Virus record (IMG/VR): IMGVR_UViG_3300044611_000766
Location: 314 to 64,313 of that record
From: a virus
Taxonomy: Duplodnaviria; Caudoviricetes
Reading direction: 5' to 3' (one strand)
DNA: 64,000 nucleotides
Shown in pieces: positions 45,333 through 55,165 of the stretch. The position numbers were made by a program, and so were the translations under genes. The notes under the pieces were generated by a model. That model saw only the letters and a program-made list of their open reading frames with translations. It made no database searches and was not told the origin of the DNA. Numbering within the stretch: position 1 is the stretch's first letter; every line of letters starts with the position of its first letter.

Positions 45333-46102
45333 TAAACACCAACATCTTTAGAAACTATAATTCTGTATTTATATCCAGATTCATAGTATGTTGCGTCTTC
45401 TTCATTGTAAACTGGAGTTGCGTCATCAGAGGGAAAATCGACATAGACTTCTGGTTTCCATGAATGCATAGAAACGTTTGCTGATACATTTTCCCATCTT
45501 GATGGTGATCTTTGTATTTTTTTTCTTTGTGCTTTAAAATAGAAGCTATTAAGGAAGTTTGAAGCTGGTCTAGAACTAAATGTTATTGTCACTCTTCCGT
45601 TATTGTATGAATTATCTAGATAAAAATCTCCATTAGATGGATCTACGGAGGCAATATAAAAATTAGGATTCTTTGCTATTATTTGAATAGACGTATATGC
45701 GTCTGTTCTTATTGAGTGATCTTCAATATAAACTTCTTGAATTTCTGGAACTCTAATTGAAGAAAAACTAGAAGGTGTTGCAGCTTCGGTGGTTTCAAAT
45801 ATAACTTGCTCTTCGGCTATTAGCTCATTTGCTGCATCGAGAAAGCCAACAGCTCTAATTTTGTATTCTGTCTCACTTTGAAGAACTGCATCCCAATATA
45901 GGGTAAGAGTTCTGGAGACTTGATTGTAATCAGTTATTGTATTAATAGTTAAAAAAGGATTAGCAACAATAGTTGGTGTAGCTGTATTGGTTTGTACAAT
46001 AAAATTGCTATTCTTTAATGAAGATATTTTTATTGTTCTTCCAAATTTAATTATTGCAGTATTTAAATTAATTTCTGCGTGCTCTATTAGGTTTAGTGCC
46101 AC
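45332..46102 (-). CDS. Putative Ig-like head-associated protein
   Basis: Two beta-rich repeats ending L.SETEYKI and YESGYKYRIIV; GTG start with GGAG RBS. Confidence 0.55.
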   Translation of the reverse strand: MALNLIEHAEINLNTAIIKFGRTIKISSLKNSNFIVQTNTATPTIVANPFLTINTITDYNQVSRTLTLYWDAVLQSETEYKIRAVGFLDAANELIAEEQVIFETTEAATPSSFSSIRVPEIQEVYIEDHSIRTDAYTSIQIIAKNPNFYIASVDPSNGDFYLDNSYNNGRVTITFSSRPASNFLNSFYFKAQRKKIQRSPSRWENVSANVSMHSWKPEVYVDFPSDDATPVYNEEDATYYESGYKYRIIVSKDVGV

Positions 46103-46157
46103 ATTTATCTCCTAATCATTTATAAATATTAGTAACAAAAAAACATAGGATAATAAA

Positions 46158-46189
46158 CAAAGGGAGTGGCTTTTACACCACTCCCTTTG
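46158..46189 (-). terminator. Intrinsic terminator after the major capsid gene
   Basis: Perfect 12-bp stem CAAAGGGAGTGG/CCACTCCCTTTG with an 8-nt loop, followed by TTTATT. Confidence 0.85.
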
Positions 46190-46224
46190 CCCCGGGTATC
46201 GTAACTATAACACCCTAAGGTCTA

Positions 46225-47283
46225 TCAGGTCATTTCGTTTGTGACCTGAACCTCATAGTTGCGTGCTAATCTAACACCCTTAGCAACAGTGATTCCCTCA
46301 CCGTCGCCAAGCATTACGATGTCGTAGCGCTCTTTCATCTTCATTGAGCGAATGTCACGGCTTGGATCATCAAACTGATCGGTGCTCATGTCATCCTTAA
46401 CAAGAAGAGTGCCAACTTCGTTGCGGTCGATCAAGAAAAGATCTGAACTAGCAGCGGTAGCACCACTCTTTGCTGTGAAGCTTACGAAAGGTGAAACGAT
46501 TACGTTAAGGCCCATGGGAGCAGTTGCGTTAAGCGCTGCTTCCTTGGACTGAGGACGATAGCCCCAGCTGGTGTTGACTGCAGCTGCTGAACCACCTGTG
46601 TGGAAGATTGCATCCTTAAGGAATACAGACCACATGAGTGGGTGCAAAATGAAGTCGGTTGGAATATGATTCTCTGCCATTAAGACAGCAGCCATATCGA
46701 TGATGTCGTCCCATGTAACGGTCTTGTTTGCAGTACCGTTAATGTCGCGACCAGTTGTATCATCGTATGAACCACTATCATTGTCAAAGACGATTGTTGC
46801 AGCGTCTTTGAAGCGGCTTAGAGCGATCTGCTCCTTAAGGCGAGCCATTGCACGACCTGCAGCCCTTACGTGAAGGCCAACGATATCCCAAAGAGAGTCT
46901 GCGATGACTTCTTCGGTAAATGCTAGCTTAACGCCCTTTTTGGAGACTTTGCCCTCGATTTGCTTTGCAAAAGCGAGTGCTTGCTCTGGATATTCTTGTC
47001 CTTCGGGAATCTCTGCTGCTTGGATAGCGTTTACTGCGGGGAACTCCAAGGAGCGTCCCTTTCCTAGGCGAACTGTTGAAAGAAGTGGCGTTACCAACAA
47101 TTGTGGCTCTGCTGCTTCCTTAAGAGTGCGAGAGATGATCTTAGGGAAGAGAATAGCAGCATCTGGTGATGCAAACGCTTCCTTAATAGTTACTCTGTTG
47201 TCTTCGTCAATGTGTCCGTCTTCGGCCAGCGCGGCTTCCCAAGCTGGGAGACCCGAGAGGAGCTCTTGGATTGTCTTACTCAT
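46225..47283 (-). CDS. Major capsid protein (HK97 fold)
   Basis: 352 aa after the protease and decoration genes. AAEIPEGQEYP, KKG....FTEE.I.DS.WD, ILHP..W and KERYD motifs; GGAGG RBS; terminator downstream. Confidence 0.9.
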   Translation of the reverse strand: MSKTIQELLSGLPAWEAALAEDGHIDEDNRVTIKEAFASPDAAILFPKIISRTLKEAAEPQLLVTPLLSTVRLGKGRSLEFPAVNAIQAAEIPEGQEYPEQALAFAKQIEGKVSKKGVKLAFTEEVIADSLWDIVGLHVRAAGRAMARLKEQIALSRFKDAATIVFDNDSGSYDDTTGRDINGTANKTVTWDDIIDMAAVLMAENHIPTDFILHPLMWSVFLKDAIFHTGGSAAAVNTSWGYRPQSKEAALNATAPMGLNVIVSPFVSFTAKSGATAASSDLFLIDRNEVGTLLVKDDMSTDQFDDPSRDIRSMKMKERYDIVMLGDGEGITVAKGVRLARNYEVQVTNEMT

Positions 47284-47311
47284 CTTAGGATTATTCCTCC
47301 TGTGTTATTAA

Positions 47312-48088
47312 TTATATTGTGAGATTAACGCGGAATGCGCCAATTACGTTGTGGACATCCAGGTTACTACGGATGCCAAGCTTACCTGAATATGCTCCAG
47401 CTCTTGTTAGCTCGAACACAGTCTTGAGTGCGCCTGGATCTGATGGTAATTGCATGTAGGAAAGAAGGCCATCATCAAAGTTGGTAGCAAACTTTTCTAC
47501 TTCTATAACCTTACCAACCTGGAGGTAAGAATATACGCTACTGCTTGCGAGGAAATCGCTTGCAGCTGCCTTTACTGGACGTCCCATGTGATCGGGACGA
47601 ACAACGTCACCTACTGCTAAGTTTGAGTTAATGATGTCTACCATTGGGTACTCAATATAGCCGTGAGTGATAAATCCTGCACCTTGTGAGGTGCCCTTGT
47701 CGAATGGGCGGTACAGGTCATACTGTGCTACGCCGATTGGAACTGATCTTGCAGGAACTGTAACTGTGTCTGTAGCGCCCGAGCTGTAGCTTGGGGTTGC
47801 ACCGTCAAGTGGGTCCCAAGATGTTGGCATGTTGTCACCGTAAGTGACTGAAGAAGCTGTACCATTAGCTGGTACCACTTCTGCATCACCGGTGGTTGCA
47901 TTAGCTACTACTGAAAGAATTGTTCCTTTAGGAATGACGATCTCAAAGCGATCATCTTCACTATCTAAATACCAGGTTGGAAGACCTGCGGCTGGAAGGA
48001 GGTATGCGGCTGGGGCGATACCCTCAGAAACCACAAGACGACCAGAACCAGTTTTAGTCCCTACCTTACGAAATTTTGCTAAGCTCAT
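47312..48088 (-). CDS. Capsid decoration/cement protein
   Basis: Between protease-scaffold and MCP; IVIPKGTI...PIGVA.YD...GDVV..D..G...QVGKV; AAGGAG RBS. Confidence 0.65.
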   Translation of the reverse strand: MSLAKFRKVGTKTGSGRLVVSEGIAPAAYLLPAAGLPTWYLDSEDDRFEIVIPKGTILSVVANATTGDAEVVPANGTASSVTYGDNMPTSWDPLDGATPSYSSGATDTVTVPARSVPIGVAQYDLYRPFDKGTSQGAGFITHGYIEYPMVDIINSNLAVGDVVRPDHMGRPVKAAASDFLASSSVYSYLQVGKVIEVEKFATNFDDGLLSYMQLPSDPGALKTVFELTRAGAYSGKLGIRSNLDVHNVIGAFRVNLTI

Positions 48089-48117
48089 TTGTTTTTCTCC
48101 TTAAGCAAAGTGTTGTT

Positions 48118-49735
48118 TTAAAGTTTACGGCGACCCATAAGAGCGTCTACAAAGATTTCTTCGACACTTGGGGCTTTTTCTTCTTTTTCTTCTTTGACTT
48201 TTCCATCAAGAGTAAGAACATTATTCTCACCCTCAACAACTTCTGTCTCAGAAGTTATTTCTGGCATTGATGACATAGCAGCCTTAACTGCTGGCATCTT
48301 TGCCAAATCTCTTAAAGAATCAGCTAATGAAGATGCGGTTCTAGCTGAGTGATCCTCAATTAGGCCCTCTCTTAAATCAGCGCTCTCTACTCCTGCAGAA
48401 ATTTTTGCATCAACAACTCTTTCTACTAGAGTTCTGTGTAGAGCTTTCTTAAGTTTCGCATTTTCTTCCTCAAGGAGCTTTACTTTTTGCAGTAAAGTAG
48501 TATCACCGGTCTCAGCGACTTCTTCTTTATTGTCGTTGAGTGGTTCCTCTTTTTTCTCCTCTTCGGAAACAGCCTGAGTTTCTTCAGACTTCTCTTCCGA
48601 CTTTTCAGCTTTTTCGGAATCAACAGCTTCTTGAGCTTGTACATCCGCCTTGTCTGAATTGTCTTCTAAGACCTTCTCTTCAGCTTCTGGCTTTTCTGCA
48701 GCATCTTCAGCTGGAACTTCTTCTGAACCCTCTGGGTCATTAGTCTGCTCTTCAGCTTTTGGTTGCTCTTGTTCTTCGCCAGATTCTGAGGCAATTGAGG
48801 AAAGATCACTGCTTAGCTCTTCGGCCACAGCAAGGATGTCCTCTTGTGTTTCGACATTGTCCATTGTTTTAATCTCCTGAGAATCAGTACTGATTTTTTC
48901 ATCTCCATCAGATAGTAATGAGTTATTATTGTTATTATAATTTTCACTTTCATGGATTGAAAGTGCAGTCAAGAAAGAACCCTTAAGATGGAGATACAAG
49001 GGCTTCGATTCCTTCTTTTTGAGAGAAGTAAGAACTGATTGATTTTCTTCAATTGATACTATATCTTCTTCGTTCATATGAAGAACAAAAGCAGAACTCT
49101 TAGCAACCCATTCGCCATCAGTTGTTGCTACATCGCCGGCATTAGGACCCTTAACTGATCTAACGCTAGACTTTGAATCTGCAGGTTGATTGACAAAAGA
49201 ATATTCTTTAAAAGAAATATCTTGCATGTCTACAAATGCAAGTTTGCCTTTATAAACTTGACCTCTTCTGTACTTAGAAAGAGGTGGCCTTCCTGCTTCT
49301 GTTTCTTTAGCAAGGTCTGCACCACTGATTGAGCAAACAGCCTTGTTAGCTCTTCCGCCCACTGATCCAGTTAGATATCTTTTATCTAAAACTTTTTGAA
49401 CAGCTACTGGATCTGTGATTGCAATCTGCAGCCTAACGTAAGATGAGCCATCTTGCTCTTTATCCATCTTGGCTGCCATTACTCTGCCAATAGGCTCAGA
49501 GTTTAAATCATGATTTAAAATAATTGGCTTTGGATATGGTTCAACCCATGACTGAAGAGCTTTTTCTAACTCAATAGCTGAGTAGTTATTATAGTTTCCG
49601 TGTCAAGCCTTCATGAATAGCGGCGACTTCTATAATTAATCCCTGATTAAGATTATTTGCTTCCTCAAAAGAAAAGTCTGATTGAGAGAAATCAGGTAGT
49701 TTTACTGTAAAGTTTTCGACAAAGTCAAAAGCCAT
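48118..49735 (-). CDS. Prohead protease-scaffold fusion, ~538 aa after a +1 shift at CGG-A 49600..49597
   Basis: ATG 49735 with GGAG RBS gives MAFDF...AIHEGLT. The +1 frame gives GNYNNYS...PIILNHD...EPIGRV and joins ORF 48118..49479 (GSVG, EYSFVNQPAD, acidic coiled-coil scaffold). Confidence 0.85.
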
Positions 49736-49762
49736 GTTTACTCCATTTTTATTAGATCAAAA

Positions 49763-49772
49763 TATATAGTAA
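49763..49772 (-). promoter_or_regulatory. Candidate late-promoter motif TTACTATATA upstream of the protease gene
   Basis: Identical to 35225..35234. Confidence 0.45.
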
Positions 49773-49810
49773 TTTACTTTTATAGCATTAAACAATTTTA
49801 TATAAAGATA

Positions 49811-50590
49811 TCACGTTTTTATATAGTTTTCAAAAAGAATAGATTCTCTTTGATCACCTTCTTTTAAGAACTTCAAAAGAAATTCCTCATGCATTAGGTG
49901 TGGAGCATAAATATAGGATGCGCTGTAAAGGTCAAGACCTTTTCTTTTGGCGTCAAGACACCATCCCAAATCTTCTCCTTGAGAATGAAATTCATAATTA
50001 ACATTCTCATATGTTTTTTTGGACATCATTTTAGCAGCCATTATAACATCTGCTTTAAAATAACTTCCAATTGGATAAGACTCTTGCCTATAGGCTTTGT
50101 CAGATCCGTCATCTTTCCATGACATTACGCTTGGAAACTTAGTGTCAAATGGAGTCATAAACATTAGTGGACTTACTGCATCTGCGCCATCGTCGATATG
50201 CGCAGTTAGAAGTTCTATTGTTGATGGATGTTTAATTATTATATCAGAATCTAAACTAAAATAATAATCAGGACTAATTTCTCTTGCTTTTTTTAAAAGA
50301 GAGTTTCTAAGATTAACCATGTTATGGTATTTTGACATGGTCCACTGTCTTGAGTTTGCTGAATGCTCAAAGTGCGGAATATCTTCTCTGATAGTTATTT
50401 CACAATGGGCAATCTGCGGATTCATATCCACAAATCTTTTTATAAAAGCTATTGTTTGTTCGTCGTCTGGTGCAGCTTCAAAAATGAAACCTATATCAGA
50501 AAGAGGAACAGATTGTCTTTCTATTGCTGATGCCCATAGTGGGAATATCCAACTTCTTTTATAAATTGGACAACCAATTAATACCTTCAT
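49811..50590 (-). CDS. GT-A fold (GT2-like) glycosyltransferase
   Basis: VLIGCP.Y.R start, LRN..L, YYFSLDSD (DxD), GEDLGWC and a late His. Confidence 0.8.
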   Translation of the reverse strand: MKVLIGCPIYKRSWIFPLWASAIERQSVPLSDIGFIFEAAPDDEQTIAFIKRFVDMNPQIAHCEITIREDIPHFEHSANSRQWTMSKYHNMVNLRNSLLKKAREISPDYYFSLDSDIIIKHPSTIELLTAHIDDGADAVSPLMFMTPFDTKFPSVMSWKDDGSDKAYRQESYPIGSYFKADVIMAAKMMSKKTYENVNYEFHSQGEDLGWCLDAKRKGLDLYSASYIYAPHLMHEEFLLKFLKEGDQRESILFENYIKT

Positions 50591-50898
50591 TATACTTCCT
50601 GTGTGTCAGGTTTTTCTTGCTTTACTGTCTTTTTGGGAGCTGGCTCAATTTTTTCAACTGGTTGCTCTTGCTGTATTTTTTCTGCTACTACTTCTTTTAT
50701 TACTTCTTGCTGGACTTCTTCTTCGTCTTCACCTTCTGTGACAGCTTCAAAAATGTCAACAAAAGCGTCAACTATATCTACAAGAATTTGTAAAGCCAAT
50801 CTTACTTGACCATTTTCTACAGCTTCTCTAAAACCTTCTACGGCATCTTCTTCTCTAAGATATTGCTTGGAGATTTCTGACTCAATCATAAAACTCAT
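50590..50898 (-). CDS. Hypothetical acidic protein
   Basis: 102 aa, overlapping start/stop with both neighbours. Confidence 0.65.
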   Translation of the reverse strand: MSFMIESEISKQYLREEDAVEGFREAVENGQVRLALQILVDIVDAFVDIFEAVTEGEDEEEVQQEVIKEVVAEKIQQEQPVEKIEPAPKKTVKQEKPDTQEV

Positions 50899-52553
50899 TG
50901 TGTTTCCTTATTTTCGTTTACTTCAATGTCTATTGGATATATATTATACTCGTCTTCTAGCAAACTTTCAACAAGACCTAGCCATGAACTGTCTGATCTT
51001 TTTATATTAGGAGAATTATTTCTTCCTTGTTGATTTTGTGGTCTAACAGAATTGCCTGGACCTCTTCTGTTGGATGGAAGATTTCTTTCTCCCTTTTGTG
51101 CTGGCTCCTGCTTATCGGCATCTACAACAACATCTTTTTGATTCTTTTGTTGTGCATTTTGCGTTATTTTAGCTTGAGCTTTTGCCATATCCATTTGAAT
51201 CTTTCCTTGCTTAGCTTGAAAAAGATCATCCTCTTCAACTTCTGGATCGACACCTAAAGCTATTCTAGCTTCGGTTAAACCAATAAGATTACTTACATAC
51301 TTTTGTATAATGTGTGTTTCTTTTTTAACTTGAGTATCAACGTCTATTTCATTAAACTTAAAATAACAACGATCAGATGTTTCGTTTCCAATTGGATTTG
51401 TAATTGGATCAAATCCGCCTTCAAACAAAATCTCATTAAATATATGAAGTCTTATCATCTCAGCAAATTGCTTTTGGAACTGCTTTATCTTGTCATATAA
51501 TGCAGTATCAAGCCTTTCAGTCATGGCTCTATTGCCGCCATTGAGAGTCATGCCCAAGTGGTGAGGAGCAACGCCTAAGCCAATTGCTACTCTTTCCTTA
51601 AAGTGATCAAGATAAGCACTAGCGTCTAGTGCCGAATTGCCAGCACCGATAACATCAACATCATGCCTAAAAGGAAGAATTAATCCACCTTCTGCTCTAA
51701 GGTTTTCAATTTCAAATGCCGCTTGATCTATTTCTTCTGGTTCTGCTGGTTGATCTGCAGTACCGATTCTATACTTGTAAAGAGGGAACAATTCTCTATG
51801 GACAAGATTTTGTATATCCTCTTCCATCTGCCTAAGGGCTACGACGTCATCTAAAACATTAGACATAAACGGAGTTCCAAAAGCTCTTCCTGGTTTTCTG
51901 TCAAAGAAAAGGTGGATAACTCTTTCTGCTGACCAAACTGGATCTCTATCCGTTGGCGCATAAGTTAATGGATCAGTTTGCTGCTGATAAGATTTAGGTC
52001 TGTTGTATCTGTCTCTAAGTATTCTAGTTTGCTCTGTAGGTATTAAGTAATACCCTACTACTGGTTGTGTAGCATTGATGGGTTCAATCTTTGAGGGAAA
52101 GTACTGAGACAGATCGCCTCTAGCCTTAACAATAAATACGTTTGCAAACTTAAAAAGCTGATCAGATAAATCAATTAAGAATTCAAGGAATGGCCTCTTC
52201 ATTGCCATCTCCATATAATCGATTCTTTGATAAAGATACTCTACTGCCTCAGGGTTTTCTCCGACTATTTGCCAGCCCTCTTTCCAGAAGAGGTCTTTAT
52301 ACTTGGCTACCGCCTGCTTAACATATGAATCTGTATCAACAGCTTGAATAATTCGATCAAAGTCGTAAGGAGATGGCTCGAAGTTGCTTCTGCCCGTATA
52401 AAAATAATTAGTGCCCTGGTAACCAAGTGCTAGGGCAGCAACTTTCATAGTCTTAGCTAAACCACTTATTTGGGTAGCGTCCAACTGGGCGGCAGCAAAG
52501 TCAAACTCTTTACTAGAAGACTGCTGAAAGGGTAGATACTGACGTATAGGCAT
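50895..52553 (-). CDS. Portal protein
   Basis: 552 aa upstream of the protease; ANVFIVK, VIHL......AFGTP, LGV..HHLG and TEARIALG portal-like segments. Confidence 0.85.
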   Translation of the reverse strand: MPIRQYLPFQQSSSKEFDFAAAQLDATQISGLAKTMKVAALALGYQGTNYFYTGRSNFEPSPYDFDRIIQAVDTDSYVKQAVAKYKDLFWKEGWQIVGENPEAVEYLYQRIDYMEMAMKRPFLEFLIDLSDQLFKFANVFIVKARGDLSQYFPSKIEPINATQPVVGYYLIPTEQTRILRDRYNRPKSYQQQTDPLTYAPTDRDPVWSAERVIHLFFDRKPGRAFGTPFMSNVLDDVVALRQMEEDIQNLVHRELFPLYKYRIGTADQPAEPEEIDQAAFEIENLRAEGGLILPFRHDVDVIGAGNSALDASAYLDHFKERVAIGLGVAPHHLGMTLNGGNRAMTERLDTALYDKIKQFQKQFAEMIRLHIFNEILFEGGFDPITNPIGNETSDRCYFKFNEIDVDTQVKKETHIIQKYVSNLIGLTEARIALGVDPEVEEDDLFQAKQGKIQMDMAKAQAKITQNAQQKNQKDVVVDADKQEPAQKGERNLPSNRRGPGNSVRPQNQQGRNNSPNIKRSDSSWLGLVESLLEDEYNIYPIDIEVNENKETQ

Positions 52554-52614
52554 GTGTTTTGTACTCCAGAGTTTTAATTTATTTCTCTATAGTACGGTTT
52601 TTTATTTAATATAT

Positions 52615-52794
52615 TCAGCTTTTAAGACCAGTTGCTTCAAAGGTCTTATTGAGAACAATATTCTTAACCGCTTCAAGCCAGAAAATTGTCTCTGGCTCAG
52701 AGAAATCGCTTTTATAAGCTAAATTTGCTTCACTGATATTAATAGTGATTGTGAATTCTTTTGGTGCTTCTGCTACTGTTTCTTCTTGTGACAT
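52615..52794 (-). CDS. Small hypothetical protein (59 aa, MSQEETV...)
   Basis: ATG 1 nt after the stop of the upstream ORF; the ORF-track start at 52899 is probably too long. Confidence 0.6.
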   Translation of the reverse strand: MSQEETVAEAPKEFTITINISEANLAYKSDFSEPETIFWLEAVKNIVLNKTFEATGLKS

Positions 52795-52795
52795 T

Positions 52796-52978
52796 TTACT
52801 TTTCTTTCTTTGTTGTTTCTGGAACTGAAAAATCTTCTTTTTGTTCTGACGCCTGCTGGATTTGAGATACCAGTTGTTTAATTGTTGCTTCTTTAACAAC
52901 TAGCTCTGTCATAAGCTGGCTAACTTTTTCTTGAAATGATTGAATAATTAGATTTACATCTAAATTAGACTCTTGCAT
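52796..52978 (-). CDS. Small coiled-coil protein
   Basis: 60 aa, AGGAG RBS. Confidence 0.65.
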   Translation of the reverse strand: MQESNLDVNLIIQSFQEKVSQLMTELVVKEATIKQLVSQIQQASEQKEDFSVPETTKKEK

Positions 52979-53008
52979 TGTTTCTCCTAATATAGAAATT
53001 ACTGATAG

Positions 53009-53017
53009 AGTATATCA
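53009..53017 (-). promoter_or_regulatory. Extended -10 promoter candidate (TGATATACT)
   Basis: Intergenic, ~30 nt upstream of the 52978 start. Confidence 0.4.
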
Positions 53018-53023
53018 GTTGAT

Positions 53024-55165
53024 TTATTGGGCTGCAAGTTGTGACTCTAAACTTTCAATGCGAGATAAAAGATTTTGAACTGTTGCAACTAAAATTGAAG
53101 TTATCGCAGTTCTTTTATAGTTTACTACATTAAAATACTCTTCTGAATCTATGTCTTTTTCTTCAAAAGATTGTTCTTTAAATTTTTCAATTCCTTCTTT
53201 TGTTAAATCATAGATTGCCAAAGTAGGTATTTTTTCTTTTATGTCTTCAGCTATAAAACCATAGTCATAGTCAAGTTGTTTGAATTTATAAGAAAAATCA
53301 TTATCAAACTTTTCTTCTTTTTTGTAGGTAAATTTTTTAGGAATTAAGTTCTTAACTAATGATAAAGCCTCTTCGCTTGTAACTGTAGAAACATTTTCTT
53401 TAATCTTAATACTAGAACTAGTAGTAGATCTAGCCAATACATAGGTACCTTTTGCGTTTACAGTTCTCCACATTGCAACGCCTGCTGTAGTATTTGGGTC
53501 TGCAGTTGTAGTTGTTGGTGTATCTGAAAAAACATCATTACCAGAACCAGTTAGTGCACCGCCTCTAAATACCATATCATTATTTAAATACAGAGCGTAC
53601 TGAGTTCCGGTTTCATCTGATAAGTTTATCTCCATATTTATATCTTGACTCCATGTAGAACCAGTCCAATATCTTGGCTCAATAATAACAGCCCTTGGTA
53701 TTCCTGTTGACGCGCCTCTGTATCTAATGTTTAAAGAGCCATCTAAATTTCCTATTTTTGTATCTTTTCCAGATGCACTTAAAATCCAAATGGCTCCAGA
53801 GCTTGCACCTGCAACAGGATTGTTATTCGAGTCTTTTCCATCTGCTCTAATTTGTAATCCTAAGTCTGTTGTGATTCCTGTTGCATATATATTGTTTGCA
53901 AAAACGTTTCCTGAAGTATCTACTTTGAAAGTTGGAGTTATGCCAATCGCAGTGTTTTGAATATTGGCACCGGTTAAATTTCCTCCAGATATTGTTCCTG
54001 TAGCGGTAATCGTTCCGCTGAAAGTGCCTCCAGAAGCAATTATAGTTCCGGCAACTGTCAAGTCTGTTCCATCAAAATAAAGTTTATCACCTAAAGAAAA
54101 TTTATTTGCAGTAACTCCACCTGCAGTATGTGCGCCAACAAACATTACTGAGCTTTGATAACCTCCAGCACCAAATTGCAACGAGCTAGTACCTATCGTT
54201 AGTCCGCCAGCGGTTGAACTCTGAATCGTTGCGTTAGTTGTTATTGCTCCAGTTACAGTTAATGTATTATTATCCCACTGCATGTAGTTAGTGGAGTTTC
54301 CAACTTTTAATAGAGATCCACTACCAGTTCCTCCAGTTGGATTCCAGTACAACTGATTAGTTGCGTTACCTACAACGAATTCTAAATTGCTTGCACTATT
54401 TGCAGAGTTTCTTGCCCATCTATTATAAGCGTCTATAAATATTGAGTTAGCTGATAAGGTTCCTCTAATTGAAGCTGCATCAAATTGTGCTGTTCCATCA
54501 CCTTTGATTATCCAACCTTGACCAACACCCAAAGCTCCTTCAATAAAATTAGAAGATCTAATTACTGACATTCCATTAGTTGGAGTGTAGGATTGTAAAG
54601 TCCCTGATGCATTCTGTAGAATTACTTGTTCTGCTGTCATTAAGCCTGTGGTTATTTTTCCAGCTGTTAATGAACTAATATATTGATCTTCAATTAAAGG
54701 TATATTTCCGCTATGTGTTGCAAGAGCTGTCCATGCTCCACCTGTGCCAGAAGTATTAATTGCTCTGACTCTTCCGTAATATTTCTTATATGCTACAGTT
54801 TCTGCCCCTGTTGTTGGATTAACATTTCTTGTTGTGTTTGCAACGGAAATAACAAAGACTGTTGACCTTTTTTTTCCCGTAGAAACTAAAGTCGAAGAAA
54901 TAGTTTCCCCATCATATATTTCATATTCATATTCGGCAAAGTCTTGATCTGCAACTGGTTGAATAATAAACATAACAGATTCAAAGTTGCATCGAACTTC
55001 AAAACCTGTAATGCCACTTGGGACAGAACTAGAAGATGGAGTCTTAATTCTTATTGAATCTGGAATAGTATCTGATGCAGATATTTCTGTATTCTTTGGC
55101 TTTACCGCAAAAAGATAATTTGAATCTGGCTTTAAGCCACTTACTGTTTTTCTTATGATTGCCAT
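53024..55165 (-). CDS. Tail fibre/spike with FN3-like N-terminus and C-terminal intramolecular chaperone (peptidase S74-like)
   Basis: SSIKIKENV...L.PKKFTYK...YGFIAEDI...VNY...L...VQ.L..RIE.LE is the typical chaperone pattern. Confidence 0.8.
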   Translation of the reverse strand: MAIIRKTVSGLKPDSNYLFAVKPKNTEISASDTIPDSIRIKTPSSSSVPSGITGFEVRCNFESVMFIIQPVADQDFAEYEYEIYDGETISSTLVSTGKKRSTVFVISVANTTRNVNPTTGAETVAYKKYYGRVRAINTSGTGGAWTALATHSGNIPLIEDQYISSLTAGKITTGLMTAEQVILQNASGTLQSYTPTNGMSVIRSSNFIEGALGVGQGWIIKGDGTAQFDAASIRGTLSANSIFIDAYNRWARNSANSASNLEFVVGNATNQLYWNPTGGTGSGSLLKVGNSTNYMQWDNNTLTVTGAITTNATIQSSTAGGLTIGTSSLQFGAGGYQSSVMFVGAHTAGGVTANKFSLGDKLYFDGTDLTVAGTIIASGGTFSGTITATGTISGGNLTGANIQNTAIGITPTFKVDTSGNVFANNIYATGITTDLGLQIRADGKDSNNNPVAGASSGAIWILSASGKDTKIGNLDGSLNIRYRGASTGIPRAVIIEPRYWTGSTWSQDINMEINLSDETGTQYALYLNNDMVFRGGALTGSGNDVFSDTPTTTTADPNTTAGVAMWRTVNAKGTYVLARSTTSSSIKIKENVSTVTSEEALSLVKNLIPKKFTYKKEEKFDNDFSYKFKQLDYDYGFIAEDIKEKIPTLAIYDLTKEGIEKFKEQSFEEKDIDSEEYFNVVNYKRTAITSILVATVQNLLSRIESLESQLAAQ

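Noticed and set aside
49588-49606. TTGACA...TATAAT at the protease shift site
   Set aside because: The spacer is only 7 nt and lies inside coding sequence, so it is not a sigma70 promoter.
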